The notes below the pieces were generated by a model that worked only from the letters and a program-made list of their open reading frames with translations, made no database searches and had not been told where the DNA came from. DNA of 64,000 bases from Chrysomallon squamiferum. Taxonomy: Eukaryota; Animalia; Mollusca. Positions 47,146 through 60,480 of the stretch are shown here, one piece after another (within the stretch, counting starts at the first letter, position 1; the number at the start of each line of letters is the position of its first letter). The stretch spans positions 19,220,001-19,284,000 of the forward strand of contig CM022669.1 of NCBI GenBank assembly GCA_012295275.1. The letters run 5' to 3'. The position numbers and the translations under genes are program-made.

Positions 47146-50100
47146 ATGCAAACATACACAAATTTATCACGGCATTTGCTGTCATTTTCTAAACCCCCAA
47201 GCTGGCAAAGATCATCCTGGGGAACTTTTCTTGAACGCACATACAGATGTTTGACAGAACTACATTCAAGGCAGGTAACTGTTAAAAGAATTCTCACTGT
47301 TAAAGACAACAACATATTACCTCTAGTCTCAATTCTGAGTCATCATACTTCTTCTTGTGTTCAGACAGATAAAAGAAATCTTCGTAGTAATCCAGAATTG
47401 CAGAGTCACGGGTTCACTTCAGGTTCGTTAAAAGAAAAACCGTGGAAACCTCTTAAACAGAGGAGACAAGATCCAATAAAAGTAGCTCATCAGGTATTTG
47501 GCGAGTTAAAGGAAAGACATCCAAGCCAGCTTCGTCCACAGAGCAGGATTAATGTGAACATGCTAGGAGCTGAGATGAATCAAGACACTAACTTCAGTAA
47601 AATTAATTCAGAGAGTTTCAGAAACACGAGCAGTATCGATCTGCTTAAAATGCTGCAAAAAATTCATCTTTCCGACAAAAACAATTTGCAAGAATACAAG
47701 AAGACAATTTCAGGAATTGAGAATGTTTTACGCAAAAGAATTGAAGCAGATGGCTTGAGTCTGTCGCTGGATATTGCTGACGTTTTCTTCATAATGGGGG
47801 CCAATTGTCGAGCCTACATCAGTGCCATGTTTGACTACATCACGAAACGTTTTGACATTCTGCAGTTGAAACCGTCCTGGCTTACGAGACTTATGTTTTA
47901 TGTTTTCCTTCATGGCAGTGCTCCACCACTTCTTTACCCAAAGATTGAAGAGTTCTTATGTGATCACTTAGACGAATTTCACATCAAAGACATCAGTGTG
48001 GTCTGTTTAGGTTTCTTTCGGTCCATACATCGAATCGATTCGACTGAGTTGCTGGAGAAAATGGCTGACAGACTTTTGATGGATATTGAACAAGTTGGCC
48101 AGCATGGTCTTGTTAACATCTTGAAAGCTTTTCGCCACTCTGGTTATAACAATGTCGGCTTTTTTGAAAACTTAGCGGATGCCCTGATTAAAAATCAGAT
48201 CTTGGAAAACTGTTTGAACTTGAATCTTCTCATGCACATAGCATCCACCTATGCGGGTTTGTCAGTATTCCACAGTGAACTGCTCGACATCATATTAAAA
48301 CAGTTCATAAATGTTCTAGACAAACACGACAACAGTCAGATTCGATCCAAAGACCTGGCAAAGTTTGTGTGGGCATTTGGTGTGTTTGTGTTTGAGCCTG
48401 AAAAGCACAGAGACTTGTACATGAAGTTGGTGTCAGCTTACAGAGATAAAGTCAGCAAGGAGGATGTGGTGTACCCAGAATCACTGGCAGACATGCTGCA
48501 GGGTCTGATGTATCTTCAGATCTTCCCAGATGACCTGATTGCAAAGATGTTTGACATAGACACAGCTACAGCACTGAGAGGTAGGTGTGAATGGTTGAGT
48601 ATGGATATCAATAGAATGATTGTGTTTATATAATCAGTAAGGGTGATTGATGACTGATGAGCAGTTTAGCAACTTCTGGAAGAGAATAAGTGTCAGAAAC
48701 AGATTTTCATTTTGTCGTTTTGTTTTAAAAAAGGTAAAAAAATATTAACATTATTTTTAAATTTTCTTTCGTTCTCACCTTGAAGATGATGCTGTGATGA
48801 GGAAGGCCATTCAGGTGTTGATGATTCACAATGCTGTTATTATTGAGTGTCCTCATTACTCAGGTCCAACACTTCCACAGGTAAAACACTAATCAGCTGA
48901 TCTTAATCAAATTGAATTTTTTATGTTTCCAGGTAACAAGAAGAAAGTTATGGCATTATGTTTTTAAAAAAAAAATAATAATAATAAAAATAAATTTAAA
49001 GAATTGTTTTATAAATTGTAATGAAACTGAATGTATCTCTTTCTGTTTTGTGTTGTTTTTTTGTTTTTTAAATATAATTTGCTGTCGATTACGAATGTGG
49101 CTTTCTGCTTGGGAGTTAACTTTCTTTTAACTGTGTGTAGAATTTTATTTACACAAATTTCACTGTATCTACAAGGAAACATTTTAGGAAAGATTACTAT
49201 GTATGAAATGTTTATTTTTGAACAGAGTTTTGTCGACACACTGTCAAAGATAGATGAGGTGAAGAAAAGTCTAGATTTTGAGCTGTCTATGAGGAGGGGC
49301 CTGGCAAAGGTGCGAAACACTCTGAAAGAAATGTATGGAGAGGATCGAGTGCACACCCATTTTATTCTGTCACACTTTAGAAGTGCAGGTCAGTTTGAGT
49401 CATCTCTTATCATTTGTGATTACAAATTAGTTATCTCTTATCATTTGTGATTACAAGTTGCTTATCTGTCATCATTTGTGATTACAAGTTGCTTATCTCT
49501 TTTCAGTTGTGATTACAATTAGGGTAATTATAAATGTATAAGAAACATTAATACTAAATCTGTAAATATATATTGATGAATTAACCTTGTATATGTTTTT
49601 CTTTTTTTATGTGTATGTATATTTGTGAGTTTGTGAGTAAATATACTCTACAAGCACAAATATATATATTTTTTGAGCAAAATGAAATTGACTTTTTTAA
49701 TCCTTTACAAAGAGTGTTACAATGTTAGAGTAATGAAATGCAAGAATTTTTTTTTTTTTTTTTAAATATTTTAATATGTAATAAAATTCTTAATTTTGCT
49801 GGCTCTCTACAGATATTGAACTCCGATTCAGTAGAAGCAGGGAAGCAATACCATTCGAACCTCAAGAATTCAACAGCAAGTGGCATTTTGATGACAAGAA
49901 CATGGAAACAAGGTAGGTTTTTTGAAATTGTTTTATGTCGATGCTGAAATTTTTGAATATTTTCCATTGTTTCATAACTCAGCAAGTTTTATCAGACAAA
50001 AAGAATATTATAGCATATGGATTTTAAAAAGTGGGAAATTTCTATCATTAATTTTTGAAGCAGATTTTGTTAATATATTATTAAGAAGATATAATTCCTA

Positions 50101-50926
50101 TAAAAATTAAGTGCATTTAATCATTATTTTTCTGGAGTTTTTTTTTTTTTTTTTTTTTTTTCATAATGGTGTGTACCACTTTGTGTAATTTTTAAAACAG
50201 GACAGACAATTCATAAATTTTAAAAAAACCAACAAAAATAAAACAGGATATCGAATTTTTCAGTGTTTTTTTTTATTGAAAAGTATAAAATTGTACGTAT
50301 CTTTTCCATGTTAGAGTTGTTATCGAAGTCGCAGGACTTAATCAGTTTTGTACAAAGAGTTCCAGAATGAAGGGAAATTATGATACCAAGTTGAGACAAC
50401 TCCGTCTTCTTGGTTACAATGTCATTCTAGTAAGTTCTTTAACTAATTTATTATTTATTTTTATATTTGTTTAACATAATCCCAGCAGAAAAATAAAATC
50501 AGAGTTCTTTAACATTTATAACAATTATAAAACAGTAATATAATTTAAAATATTTAAAAATAAACAAATTGAAGTATAACTATTTTTTACATATAAATTA
50601 CTTTTAATCTGTTTTCAAATAATGCATTTTAGAACAAAAAGAAATAGTGTCTGTAAAACAATGCTGAATTATCAAGAAAGAAGTTTAAAATATTCTTGTC
50701 AAGGTTTTAATTTGGTATTTTTTTTAATGTTTTTATTTATTCATTTATTTAGATTTATTTTCATGTTTTTTTGTATTTTTATTTTATATTTTATATATAT
50801 ATATATAACTTTTAACAAATTTTTATATTTCAGATAACACCACATGAGTGTGAAAACTTTAGAAAAATGGCAGTTGAAGAAAGGCAGGAATATTTATTAA
50901 AATGTCTCAGGGATATTGTTGAATAA
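47146..50926 (+). CDS. FASTKD5: FAST kinase domain-containing protein with C-terminal RAP domain, most like FASTKD5 (mitochondrial RNA processing)
   Basis: Exons 47146-48580, 48786-48880, 49226-49388, 49813-49911, 50315-50429, 50834-50926. Arg/Ser-rich N-terminus resembling a mitochondrial presequence, helical repeats (ISVVCLGFFRS; IRSKDLAKFVWAFG), and RAP domain ADIELRF...VVIEVAGLNQF...KLRQLRLLGYNVILI. Confidence 0.8.
49398..49520 (+). repeat. 30-bp minisatellite (4 copies), related copy at ~58045-58110
   Basis: Unit ttatctcttatcatttgtgattacaagttg immediately downstream of a donor site. The same unit recurs twice near 58.05 kb. Confidence 0.75.
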
Positions 50927-52085
50927 ATCTTCATTTTTCATTTTGTACAAGGAAATAAATCTGTTCCAAAATATATACAGGTTCATCATGTGATATAATG
51001 GTTCATCATAATCCATTTTATCAATTATTTTTATTACAATTTTTTTTTTTTTTTTTTTTTAATGGTTTTTGTTATTTTTAAACCAAGTGTCTTGTGCTAT
51101 GCACCTTATTAAACATTTTTATTCATTCTTAAATGACTTAAGAACAGTGTAAGATTTACAATATCTTAAATCAAAACCTTTAACCAGTAATAAAACTGAT
51201 TATTCATAAGAAAAAGTATATTTTAAAAAATAAAATTAATAATTTCAAAAGTTGTTCCATTATTGATAAATTGTAGATTCATAGTCAATGTTATATGCTA
51301 TAGATCGTGTTTTACATAAAATGGATTGATTCAGCTTTTACCTAGATTTTCTCTCTATATAAAATATACAGATTAAAATGTAATTGAATAATTAATAATA
51401 GGAAATAGAAAATTTATGTGCATGCATTTCATAAATGTATATATGTGTCTATGTGGCTGTTTAGTTACATAATATATAAAAATGTCAACATTTATTTTCT
51501 AAGGTGTAATTTATATGGGTAAAACTTGTATTATGCACATTCTATGAGAACCAGAATGTGTCAGAAAGTACTTTTAAAGCATTTATTATTTAATACTAAG
51601 ATAATGAATAAAATTACCCATTCAACAAATCTGGTACAAGATTTATACCAAAACATTGCTGAACACTGAGGATGATCTGAAACAATTACACTGGACTCTA
51701 AATTCAAACAATATATGTCAAATTCTTTATTATTTCTGACAAATATTCTGGATGCAGTGACTTTGATTTGCATTTATGTGTGAAATAAACAGCATTTATT
51801 TACTTCATTTGGAGTCTGAGGAAAAAGATTTATACAGCAAAATATATGAGATGTTCCAGATACAAAGAGAAGAATGTTAAAGTAAAATGAAATAAAAAAT
51901 AATTAAATTATAATAATAATAATTATGAGAAAATTAAATTGAGAATCTGATTAATTCTTTTTTTTCTTGTAACTGTGTATAGTAAACTTCATTCATCTGA
52001 AATAGGAATTCTGTAATCATCAAAATTAAATAATGAACAAGAAAACACTTCATTGTCTTTATTAACCAATAAAAAAATAAAAGTC

Positions 52086-52476
52086 GTGACCCATCACATT
52101 GAAACAGGTCTCAAGTTACATGGCCAAGTACTGAGCTTTAACTAACAACAGCAGTCATTTGAAAATTTATTATTTTGTTTATATTTTGGTAAAAATGGGT
52201 TTATATATGCATTTCCTCTTTGTCCCATTGAAGATACTAATCCTACAGTATGTTTTGGAGCACTTTTATGAACACTTGTTTGCATCATGCAAGAAATCCT
52301 CCAATTTGTCTGGACCTGTCTCTGGAACTAAACTTGATACAAGGATCAATGACAAAATGAAGCTTATGGAGTCAAGAATTAGAAAATGTTTGTAATTCCA
52401 GTCAACCAAAATTTGATAAATGGGTAAATGAAGTAAGAAAATTCAACTTAAGACGTGTTTTGATGTGATGGGTCAC
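52086..52476. mobile_element. Non-autonomous DNA transposon (MITE, ~390 bp)
   Basis: About 32-bp terminal inverted repeats: gtgacccatcacattgaaacaggtctcaagtt and aacttaagacgtgttttgatgtgatgggtcac. Interior is non-coding. Confidence 0.75.
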
Positions 52477-52764
52477 AGTTAGTAACAATAGAATTAACTA
52501 CTTAAGATTATTATGATAAAATATTAATATGTTAGGTACAAAATAGAATTTGATAACAAACTTTGTCTGTCTAAATTTTAAAAGGATTAAATACGACAAT
52601 TCAAGACAGAAAACAATGACAAAATTACATCATGGATAGCCTATATAAAAAATTGTATATTAGTATACATCTGAAAACAAAATTAACAAAGTAAAATATA
52701 TGCAGGAGCAGATAATATCACATCAGCGCTTGTAAAAATAACACCAGAAAATTTACAGGTATCT

Positions 52765-53000
52765 AAAACTACATTATTTGCCATACATTATACACACAGT
52801 AAATGAGATGACAGATAATGACCTTAATGCTAATAACAATAATAATAACATGCATACTGATATCTAAAGAAGAATACAGTGTACATTTGTCATACATTCT
52901 GTACATTAAATGAATTGACAGGATGCAGAATATCACATTAATGCTAATAACCAAAACAATGACATTGCCATGTGTACTGATGTCCAAAGAAGAACATACT
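52765..53000. repeat. Diverged tandem duplication, ~118-bp unit x2
   Basis: Repeated blocks ttaatgctaataac...catgYRtactgatRtcYaaagaagaa. Confidence 0.55.
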
Positions 53001-53249
53001 ATGTATTTGTTTTGATATATTTTGTTGTCTTAATTTACAGCTTTACAGAAAATGCTTCTATACTAATTTATTTATCTTCTTTTTCTTCTCGTTATATTGT
53101 TCTCTTGTTACAATCTTCATTATTATCATCATTAATACATCACCTTTATTACGTTATCATCATCATCATCATTATAATCATTTTCTCATATTATCATTTT
53201 TACAGTTTATTATTATCATTATCATTTACTTTATTATTATTATTATTAA

Positions 53250-53945
53250 ATTGAAATTTTGTCAGTTCTTCCAAACTACTTGGTTCAAGCTTTCTCTCAA
53301 AAAATTCACAATAAAATTCTGGAGCCTGGAAAAATAAGAAACTAAATATTTACATTCAGTGTATTCTGAGAGTTCAACACGAAAATGGTGCACTTTTCAT
53401 AGTTTGGAGATAATCAAAACTTTGAATATAATTTTAATTAAATATGTTAACGACATTAATGTGCAGTAATAAAAAAGAGAAATTAATAGCTATTTAATTA
53501 TGATAAGGTCTCAAAACTTTCCTTTATTTTTATTTTTGAAAACCATAATGTGAGAAAAAACTAACCATGCAGTTAATAATTTGTTGTGTGTGACTATTAA
53601 TACAAAAAACAAACTTGTACTGTAGAAATTGTTATTTAACAGTACCTTAAATAATGTTAACAATAATAATAATAAATATGATAAAAACAATAACAAAAAC
53701 AGGTGATTTGTTGATGTTGAGGAAATCATTACATGCATGCTTATGTATAATATAATAATAATGTTTGTCTGTATTATTTATTTATGTATTTATTTAATTT
53801 GATTTGGGTTTCTTTAAACTACAGTTTTAAAATATAAGAATTAATCAAACCTTGTCTGACAGTTTGTGTAAGAATTCTAACTGTTCTCCAGTCAACTATT
53901 TCAACTACTCCAATTTATAATAATAATAATAATAATTACAAACTA

Positions 53946-53994
<49 letters not shown>

Positions 53995-56945
53995 TTTTCC
54001 ATACTTTCAGCTTTTCTCTCCCTTTCCTTTGAATCTAAAACCCAGAGGGCACCACTGGCAGCTTTGGCGATATTTTCGTTTTGTGATTTGCTAACAGATT
54101 TGAGCAATGCCATTACTTCTTTGTCTTTCTACAGTCAAAAAAACCAAAAGAAACAAAAAGTTTTGATTAAAAGTAACAGAAATCAGTCTTGAATATGTTT
54201 TAATTATATTTTATGAAGGAAATATCAGAAAAGTACATGAAAAAAACAAAAGAATAAATAAATAAAAAACAACTCTGTTGACTTTACAAGGTATTTCCTG
54301 AAATCTGTTGAAGGAAAATAAAAGAAAAATTGATAAAATAATGGGGAAATTGCTGCAGATATTTATTTTTCTCCTTTGATTTATTTATTATTAAAATTAT
54401 TAATTTATATAACATCAACAATACACACATTAGTAGAAATTTCAGATGGGTTTTTTCTTGTTTTAAAATATATATATATATATATTTTATATTTGTATCT
54501 TTAACAAAACAAAAACAAAAAATAAAATAATAATAATAATAATAATAATAATAATTACAATCGCAGTAACATATGAAAAAAATGTCATTTGCAAGAAAAA
54601 TATTTAATATTAATACTTACAAGAATTATCTTCTTGTTTTCTTCATCAAAAGACAGTTGCCAGATGCACTCAATGGCTGGTTTCTTTTCAGCATCATTTC
54701 CATTTTTCAAAATTTCCACTAACATTGGAAGTGGATCAGTTTCCATCAACAATTTCTTGTTTGTGTCATTCGTTGCCAGACCTTTCATACCTGCCACAAG
54801 TGTGTCCACACTAAACCCATCATGTACATGATCATCACTTTCCCAGGCCTTTTTAGTATAACTAAGTAAAAACCTATACACATCCTTTCCAGCCATAAGA
54901 AGATGGTTCTGGTCCTCTCTGATTGTGTATGCAAGTGTCAAAAGTACAATAACCTTATTCCCTGAAATAGGTAAAAAAATTGATAAATAAATAAATAAAT
55001 AAATACATAAATTAATTAATTAAGAAATAAAGAAAGAACAAAAGAAAGAAAGAAACAAATGAATAAATGAAGGAATGAATGAATAAATAGATAAAGAAAT
55101 AAATAAAGAAAGTAAGCAAACAAACAAAATGAAACAAAGTAAAATAAAATGAGAAAAAAAAATAAAATAAAATAAACATAAAGCAAATTAATAATAACAA
55201 AAGTAGGCAGTGCTATGTCACTGTTACAAAAATTAATATTTTACACAACCGACATGACAGCTGCCAATTACTTCCCCTGTCATTCTCATGCATACACATT
55301 TATACATACTTGAGGAATCACATGCGAGGAAAGGAATGATATAGATCACTGCTTTCAGCCTGCGAAAGATATGCCGAGTGGCTGGATTCCTAGCACAATT
55401 GTGAAAGGTTCCTATTGCTGATCTAAAGATATCTTTTAATTTCTGCAAAATAGGATAGTTTCTCTCATTATGAATGGTTCTTTATTTACTGAATTAATAT
55501 TGATATAATAATGCAGAAGTAAAAACTGATTTTAACAAGATATAAAATATAAACAGACAGACAGACAAATAAAAAGAGATGCAGAGATTGATGGTTGGAC
55601 CTATAGATGAATAGAAGACAAATAGAGATAAATACAAATAGATAGATGGTGCATAGAAAAACAGATTAATAAAAAATCAAACAGAAACAGACATGAATAA
55701 AAGGTAAGATAAAGACAGATAGATTCATAAATAAAGAGTAAGATAAACACAGATGGATAGCTGAATCAAAAAATAAGAAAAAGACAGATGGACAGATGAA
55801 TAAAAGATAAGACAAAGACAGATGGACATAAAAAAGCAAGATAAAGAAAGACGAAAAGATGCTTACACATATAAAGTAATAATATGCACATATACATACT
55901 TCAGAATCATAAATATCATCTTTCATTGCTTCAAAGTCCCGTATGTAGAATTCCAAGATTCCAGTCTCTGCCAGGTATTCTGCAAACAAGCTTCCATTCG
56001 AGTAGTTCCAACAAATAGATCTAATTAAATAAATAGCTTTTGCACCACTGATCTGATCAAAAATAGATTCTGTCAAATATGTAGTGCCAGCCTCTTTCAT
56101 CAACAGCTTATACAGGTGATAAAGTAACTTGGTCATGTTAATTCTTGCCAAGTATTCAGACAAAACTACTTTTTCTTCTGGTTTGCTGAAATCAAAATTC
56201 GAGTTTGCCACTAGTCTACCCAGAAGATATATCAACTGATCTTCTTCTATAGAATTGACCATTTTACTTAATTCACCAGCTATCCAATCAAATAATTCAA
56301 AAGTCTCTTTCAAATCCGGGTACTTTTCAATCAACAGTTTTGCTTCTGTTAGGTCGTCTTCATGGTTTGCTTGAATTTTTATGGAACATAAATAAAAAGG
56401 GTTTTATAAGTGACATGCCTGTGCAAGTTTTTGCATGTGTATATAGAAACACACAGTAGAAAAGTAAAATTTAAATCAGTGTGTTCTACTGGTTCTAGCT
56501 AACTAAAAACGCAAAATTTAAATCAGTGTGTTCTACTGGTTCTAGCTAACTAAAAACGCAAAATTTAAATCAGTGTGTTCTACTGGTTCTACCTAACAAG
56601 CAAAAACAAAACATTTTTATCAGTGTGTTCTACTGGTTCTACCTAACAAGCTAAAACACAACATTTTTATCAGTGTGTTCTACTGGTTCTACCTAACAAG
56701 CTAAAACACAACATTTTTATCAGTGTGTTCTACTGGCCCAACCTAACAAACTGAAACACAAAATTTAAATCAGTGTGTTCCACTGGTTCTACCTAACAAG
56801 TAAAATACAATTTTAAATGAGTGTGTTCTACTGTTTCTACCTAAAAAGCAGAAACACAAAATTTAAGGATGTCTGCTGTGTGTGACCTACCTGTTGTGTC
56901 TTCATTCAGTTCCTTTTCTGGTATAGAACTGCAGGCGGTTGCCAT
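53250..56945 (-). pseudogene. Armadillo-repeat protein of the invertebrate ARM-TIR-SAM type, lacking the TIR domain (truncated gene or pseudogene)
   Basis: In-frame exons 56945-56891 (MATACSSIPEKE...), 56369-55900 (IRSICWNYSN), 55442-55310 (AIGTFHNCAR), 54961-54621 (LLTLAY...GLATNDTNKKLL...AIECIWQLSFDEENK), 54128-54005 (AKAASGALWVL). Only remnants follow: 53895-53851 (LTGEQLEFLHKLSDK) and 53325-53250 (APEFY-frameshift-VNFLREKLEPSSLEELTKF). Confidence 0.7.
56465..56866. repeat. Minisatellite, 45-50-bp unit, ~8 copies (intronic)
   Basis: Unit aaaatttaaatcagtgtgttctactggttctacctaacaagc..., with near-identical adjacent copies. Confidence 0.9.
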
Positions 56946-57419
56946 AATGCAATGTGCTATTCAAGTATAGTTTGCAAACTTTTCAGTATCTGGAATAAAA
57001 AAAAAAAAAATAAACAATGGATAATACGTTGGGCTGGAAGTGCCACATTCCTTTATGTTTTTTGTTTGTTTTGTTTTTGTTTTCTGAAATTGGACCTGGA
57101 GGTTTTATTGTTGTTGTTTATTAAAATCACATTATTACATTTGTAAATACTTATTCGTGTACATACAAAAATGCCACATACACCTATAATTGCAAATATT
57201 CACATATACCCGATCATACATACATACATATATAAATATATAAAATATAGTTTTAAACACACAAAAACATCTATGTATTTATTTGCTTGCATATATAATT
57301 AATATTTCATATATACGTATTCAACAGGCCAAGGCCACCAAATTCAGTTGTTTTTTTGTTGTTGATTTTTTATTTATATAAGATTACTGTAAATATCTTG
57401 TATATGTTTTCAGATGTAT

Positions 57420-57466
<47 letters not shown>

Positions 57467-57805
57467 TTATTTATTTTTATATTATTATTACTGCTAAAAA
57501 TTTGCATTACATACGATATTATTCTGTTACCTTTATATTTTTTCTTCATTCTACACCAAAAATTTACTACTGCAATTATTACAGATAATTTTCAATGAAT
57601 GTTATTAAACAATAACAACAACAATAACAATAATAATAATGGAATCTGTGTTACAAAATACAAAGTATTAAATAGAGTATTAAATAGTTTATTTCTTTTG
57701 ATTTTTTTTTGCAAATTTGGAAAAATTTCATTAAACTAATTTAATAATTAAAACTACGAAAAGTTTGACAGATTTTTTCCTTATTATTGCTGTTGTTCTT
57801 GTTGT

Positions 57806-57894
<89 letters not shown>

Positions 57895-58949
57895 TATTAT
57901 TATTATTATTAAATTTATTATTTTTTCAGTTATGATCACAAACTAATTATCTATGACTCGTCCTACACTGTATATAACCGTCTGGAGCCTGTTTTTATGT
58001 GAGCTTGATTGAAATTCTAATTTTTCACAGTCTCCACTGATGAATACAAGTTAGTTATCTCTTATCATCTGTGATTACAAGTTAGTTATCTCTTTTCATC
58101 TGTGATTATCATTAATTTTCTGAGCATCTGGAATAAACATTAACAGTCATATGTAATTTACAAAAAATACATTTTGCAATTACTATCAGTACTTTTTTAT
58201 AGTACCTTCCATACTTATTATTAATTTGATTATTCTTGTTTTCATTGTTGTTGTTATTATTATTAATACAAAAAATATTTTTAAAAATCTTTATTTATCT
58301 TTGTGACTTCTGCTATTACTATTGCTACAACATATATTACTACTACTACCTCTACTACTACTTCTGTTTTTACTATTAATGCTATTACCACTGCTACTAG
58401 TACTATTACTACAGCTTCTACCATTACCACTACTTCTACTATTGTTATTAATACTACTTTTTTTATTACCATTGTTAGAAGCTTTCTGAAGAAAATCAGA
58501 AGACATTTCCAAGTACACGTGCCGACAATGGGATGGAAATATCACGATTTGTCTTACTACAAGCTTTAGCTCAGGCTATGCTTGTATTCTGATTTTGTCT
58601 GAGTCCATTTATTTTCTGCAAAATACATTGTCTCAAGCTGTATCAACTCTGACACCACCGTGATAGAGCCATTATGTTTTAAATTTATTTTCCTGTAAAT
58701 TTTGCATGAAACTGTTTTCCAGTCCAACATGTGAACTGCATTAATTGTAAGATCTACGGTACTGACAGGTTCGCGCCGCGCATTCACAATGTAGACTACA
58801 GGCCCGACCCTTCAAGGTCGCAGGCACAGTGTAACGAATAAATAAACAAAGATGTAAGCTGCTGTTTGGACGAAGATATTAAATGTAAATACCTCCTTTA
58901 CTGGGCAGGTGAAATCTAGAACATTTCAATAGTTGGGGAATGTCCAACG

Positions 58950-60480
58950 AAGATGAAAAATTACTAGCAAAATACTGGGCAGGGTTTGAAATTTTTGCAA
59001 AACCTCAATCAAATGAGTTAATGGCCTCATATTTGTCAAGAAAATTTATGCATAGAAGAATTTGTGGCCAAGTTACGCACCATTCTAAAAGAAGCAGATT
59101 ATCCTCGTGAACATTATAACTCTTCCTCAGAGACTTCTTTGTATTTGGCATAAATTCTGATCGAGTCGGAAAAAGTGCCTTAAAGAAGGTAACAAACTAA
59201 CATTTGAAAAAGCCATGATTCTAGCAAAAGCAGAGGAATCTGCAAACAAACAGCGACAACAAATAACAAGTCCCAAACAGAATCATATACATAGTCAAAA
59301 AGTGACCATCTGCACACAGGATGATCAGTCGAAGCAACAGCACTAAATGGTTCCATTAACATGATACCATGCAAAGAGAAAGCAACACTTGATGTGCAGA
59401 TCTCAGCACAGCCACTTGGCAAACAGACAGTGTAAGGCTGACTCTGGAGCAGAAATAAATATTATGCCAAAAGCGGTGTTTGAACAGTTGTTTCCAAAAC
59501 AACATCAGTTGAATAAACACACAGACAAGCTGTCCACTTATGGGGGCATCAAAATACCTGGTTTGGTGTCATGCCAAGTATACATCCAAACTTCAAAGAA
59601 CAACCGTCCCTTTTCCATTAACCAAATAATACTTGCTTCAGGAGTACAGTGATGTATTCGCGGGGATTGGTCGTTTTCCATATCAGTGAAAGACAGCATC
59701 ATGCAATTGCAGTCAGCCTACAAAGATGACGTGAACAGACTGCAGGAACTAGGAATCCTACAAGAAATTCAAAATGAGTACACCCAATGGGCAAACTCAA
59801 CATTGATAATGTCAAAGCCAAATGGATCAATTCGCTTATGCCTAGATCCTCGAGATTTAAGAAAGACAGCCAAACGAAGTCCATACATACGAAGACGTTA
59901 TCGCAGCAGAAGACGACATATGGAAACAGGGATGACCCAGACCTGACACGATGCTTGGCTGTTTTTGATTTGAGTCTGCATACCCAAGACAGAAAACTAA
60001 GAGATGTGGGTCCATTGATGAGTGTAATATTGTATATAATATAAACTGAGTGGTCGTTCTCGTGGATTTGCATGTATTTACTTCAGGAATGTTGATGATG
60101 CTACAGAGGCCAAAGATAGATGTAATGGTTTGGAGATAGATAACAGAAGAATGATTAAAAGTGGATTATTCTGAAATAGCGCACGCCCCACTCCTGGGAA
60201 AACAAATTTCGTCAAAGCGTTGTTGCCGATCCCCGTCACCAGCTCACTACAGTTACCGACGAAGATCCCCACGTCGCTGTAAGGAGGAGATAATCAGCAG
60301 CCATGATTAGAGTCAGTGTTTCGATGTTATTTTAATTTTACTTGTTGTTAGGCTTCATTTTCATCAGTTCATGTTCATACTTGTAATAAATTCATGAAGG
60401 ATATACAGTAATATAATATTAAGTAATTAGTAAAATTTTAATTTAATTTGTTTTTAATATTATTTTCTAAAAAGTGGAGA
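58950..60480 (+). mobile_element. Decayed Ty3/Gypsy LTR retrotransposon (gag, protease and RT fragments)
   Basis: Gag-like EEFVAKLRTILKEADY...RDFFVFGINSDRV...LTFEKAMILAKAEES; aspartic protease KADSGAEINIMP; RT N-terminus WANSTLIMSKPNGSIRLCLDPRDL. Many stops, frameshifts and deletions. Purine tract aaaagtggaga followed by TG at 60481 resembles a PPT/3' LTR start. Confidence 0.85.

Noticed and set aside
53700-53740. HVMIS peptide resembling the first strand of a TIR domain
   Set aside because: It lies downstream of the SAM-like remnant (wrong order) and is followed by low-complexity intron sequence; likely coincidence.
56465-56866. Regular repeats superficially like a CRISPR array
   Set aside because: Eukaryotic intron, no unique spacers and no cas genes; an ordinary minisatellite.
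57808-57910. (AAT)n directly followed by (ATT)n, forming a palindrome (also at ~24465-24540)
   Set aside because: Expected by-product of the very high trinucleotide microsatellite density; no evidence of function.
58645-58660. TGGTGTCAGA primer-binding-site-like motif
   Set aside because: On the opposite strand to the Gypsy gag-pol remnants, and no matching LTR pair could be delineated.
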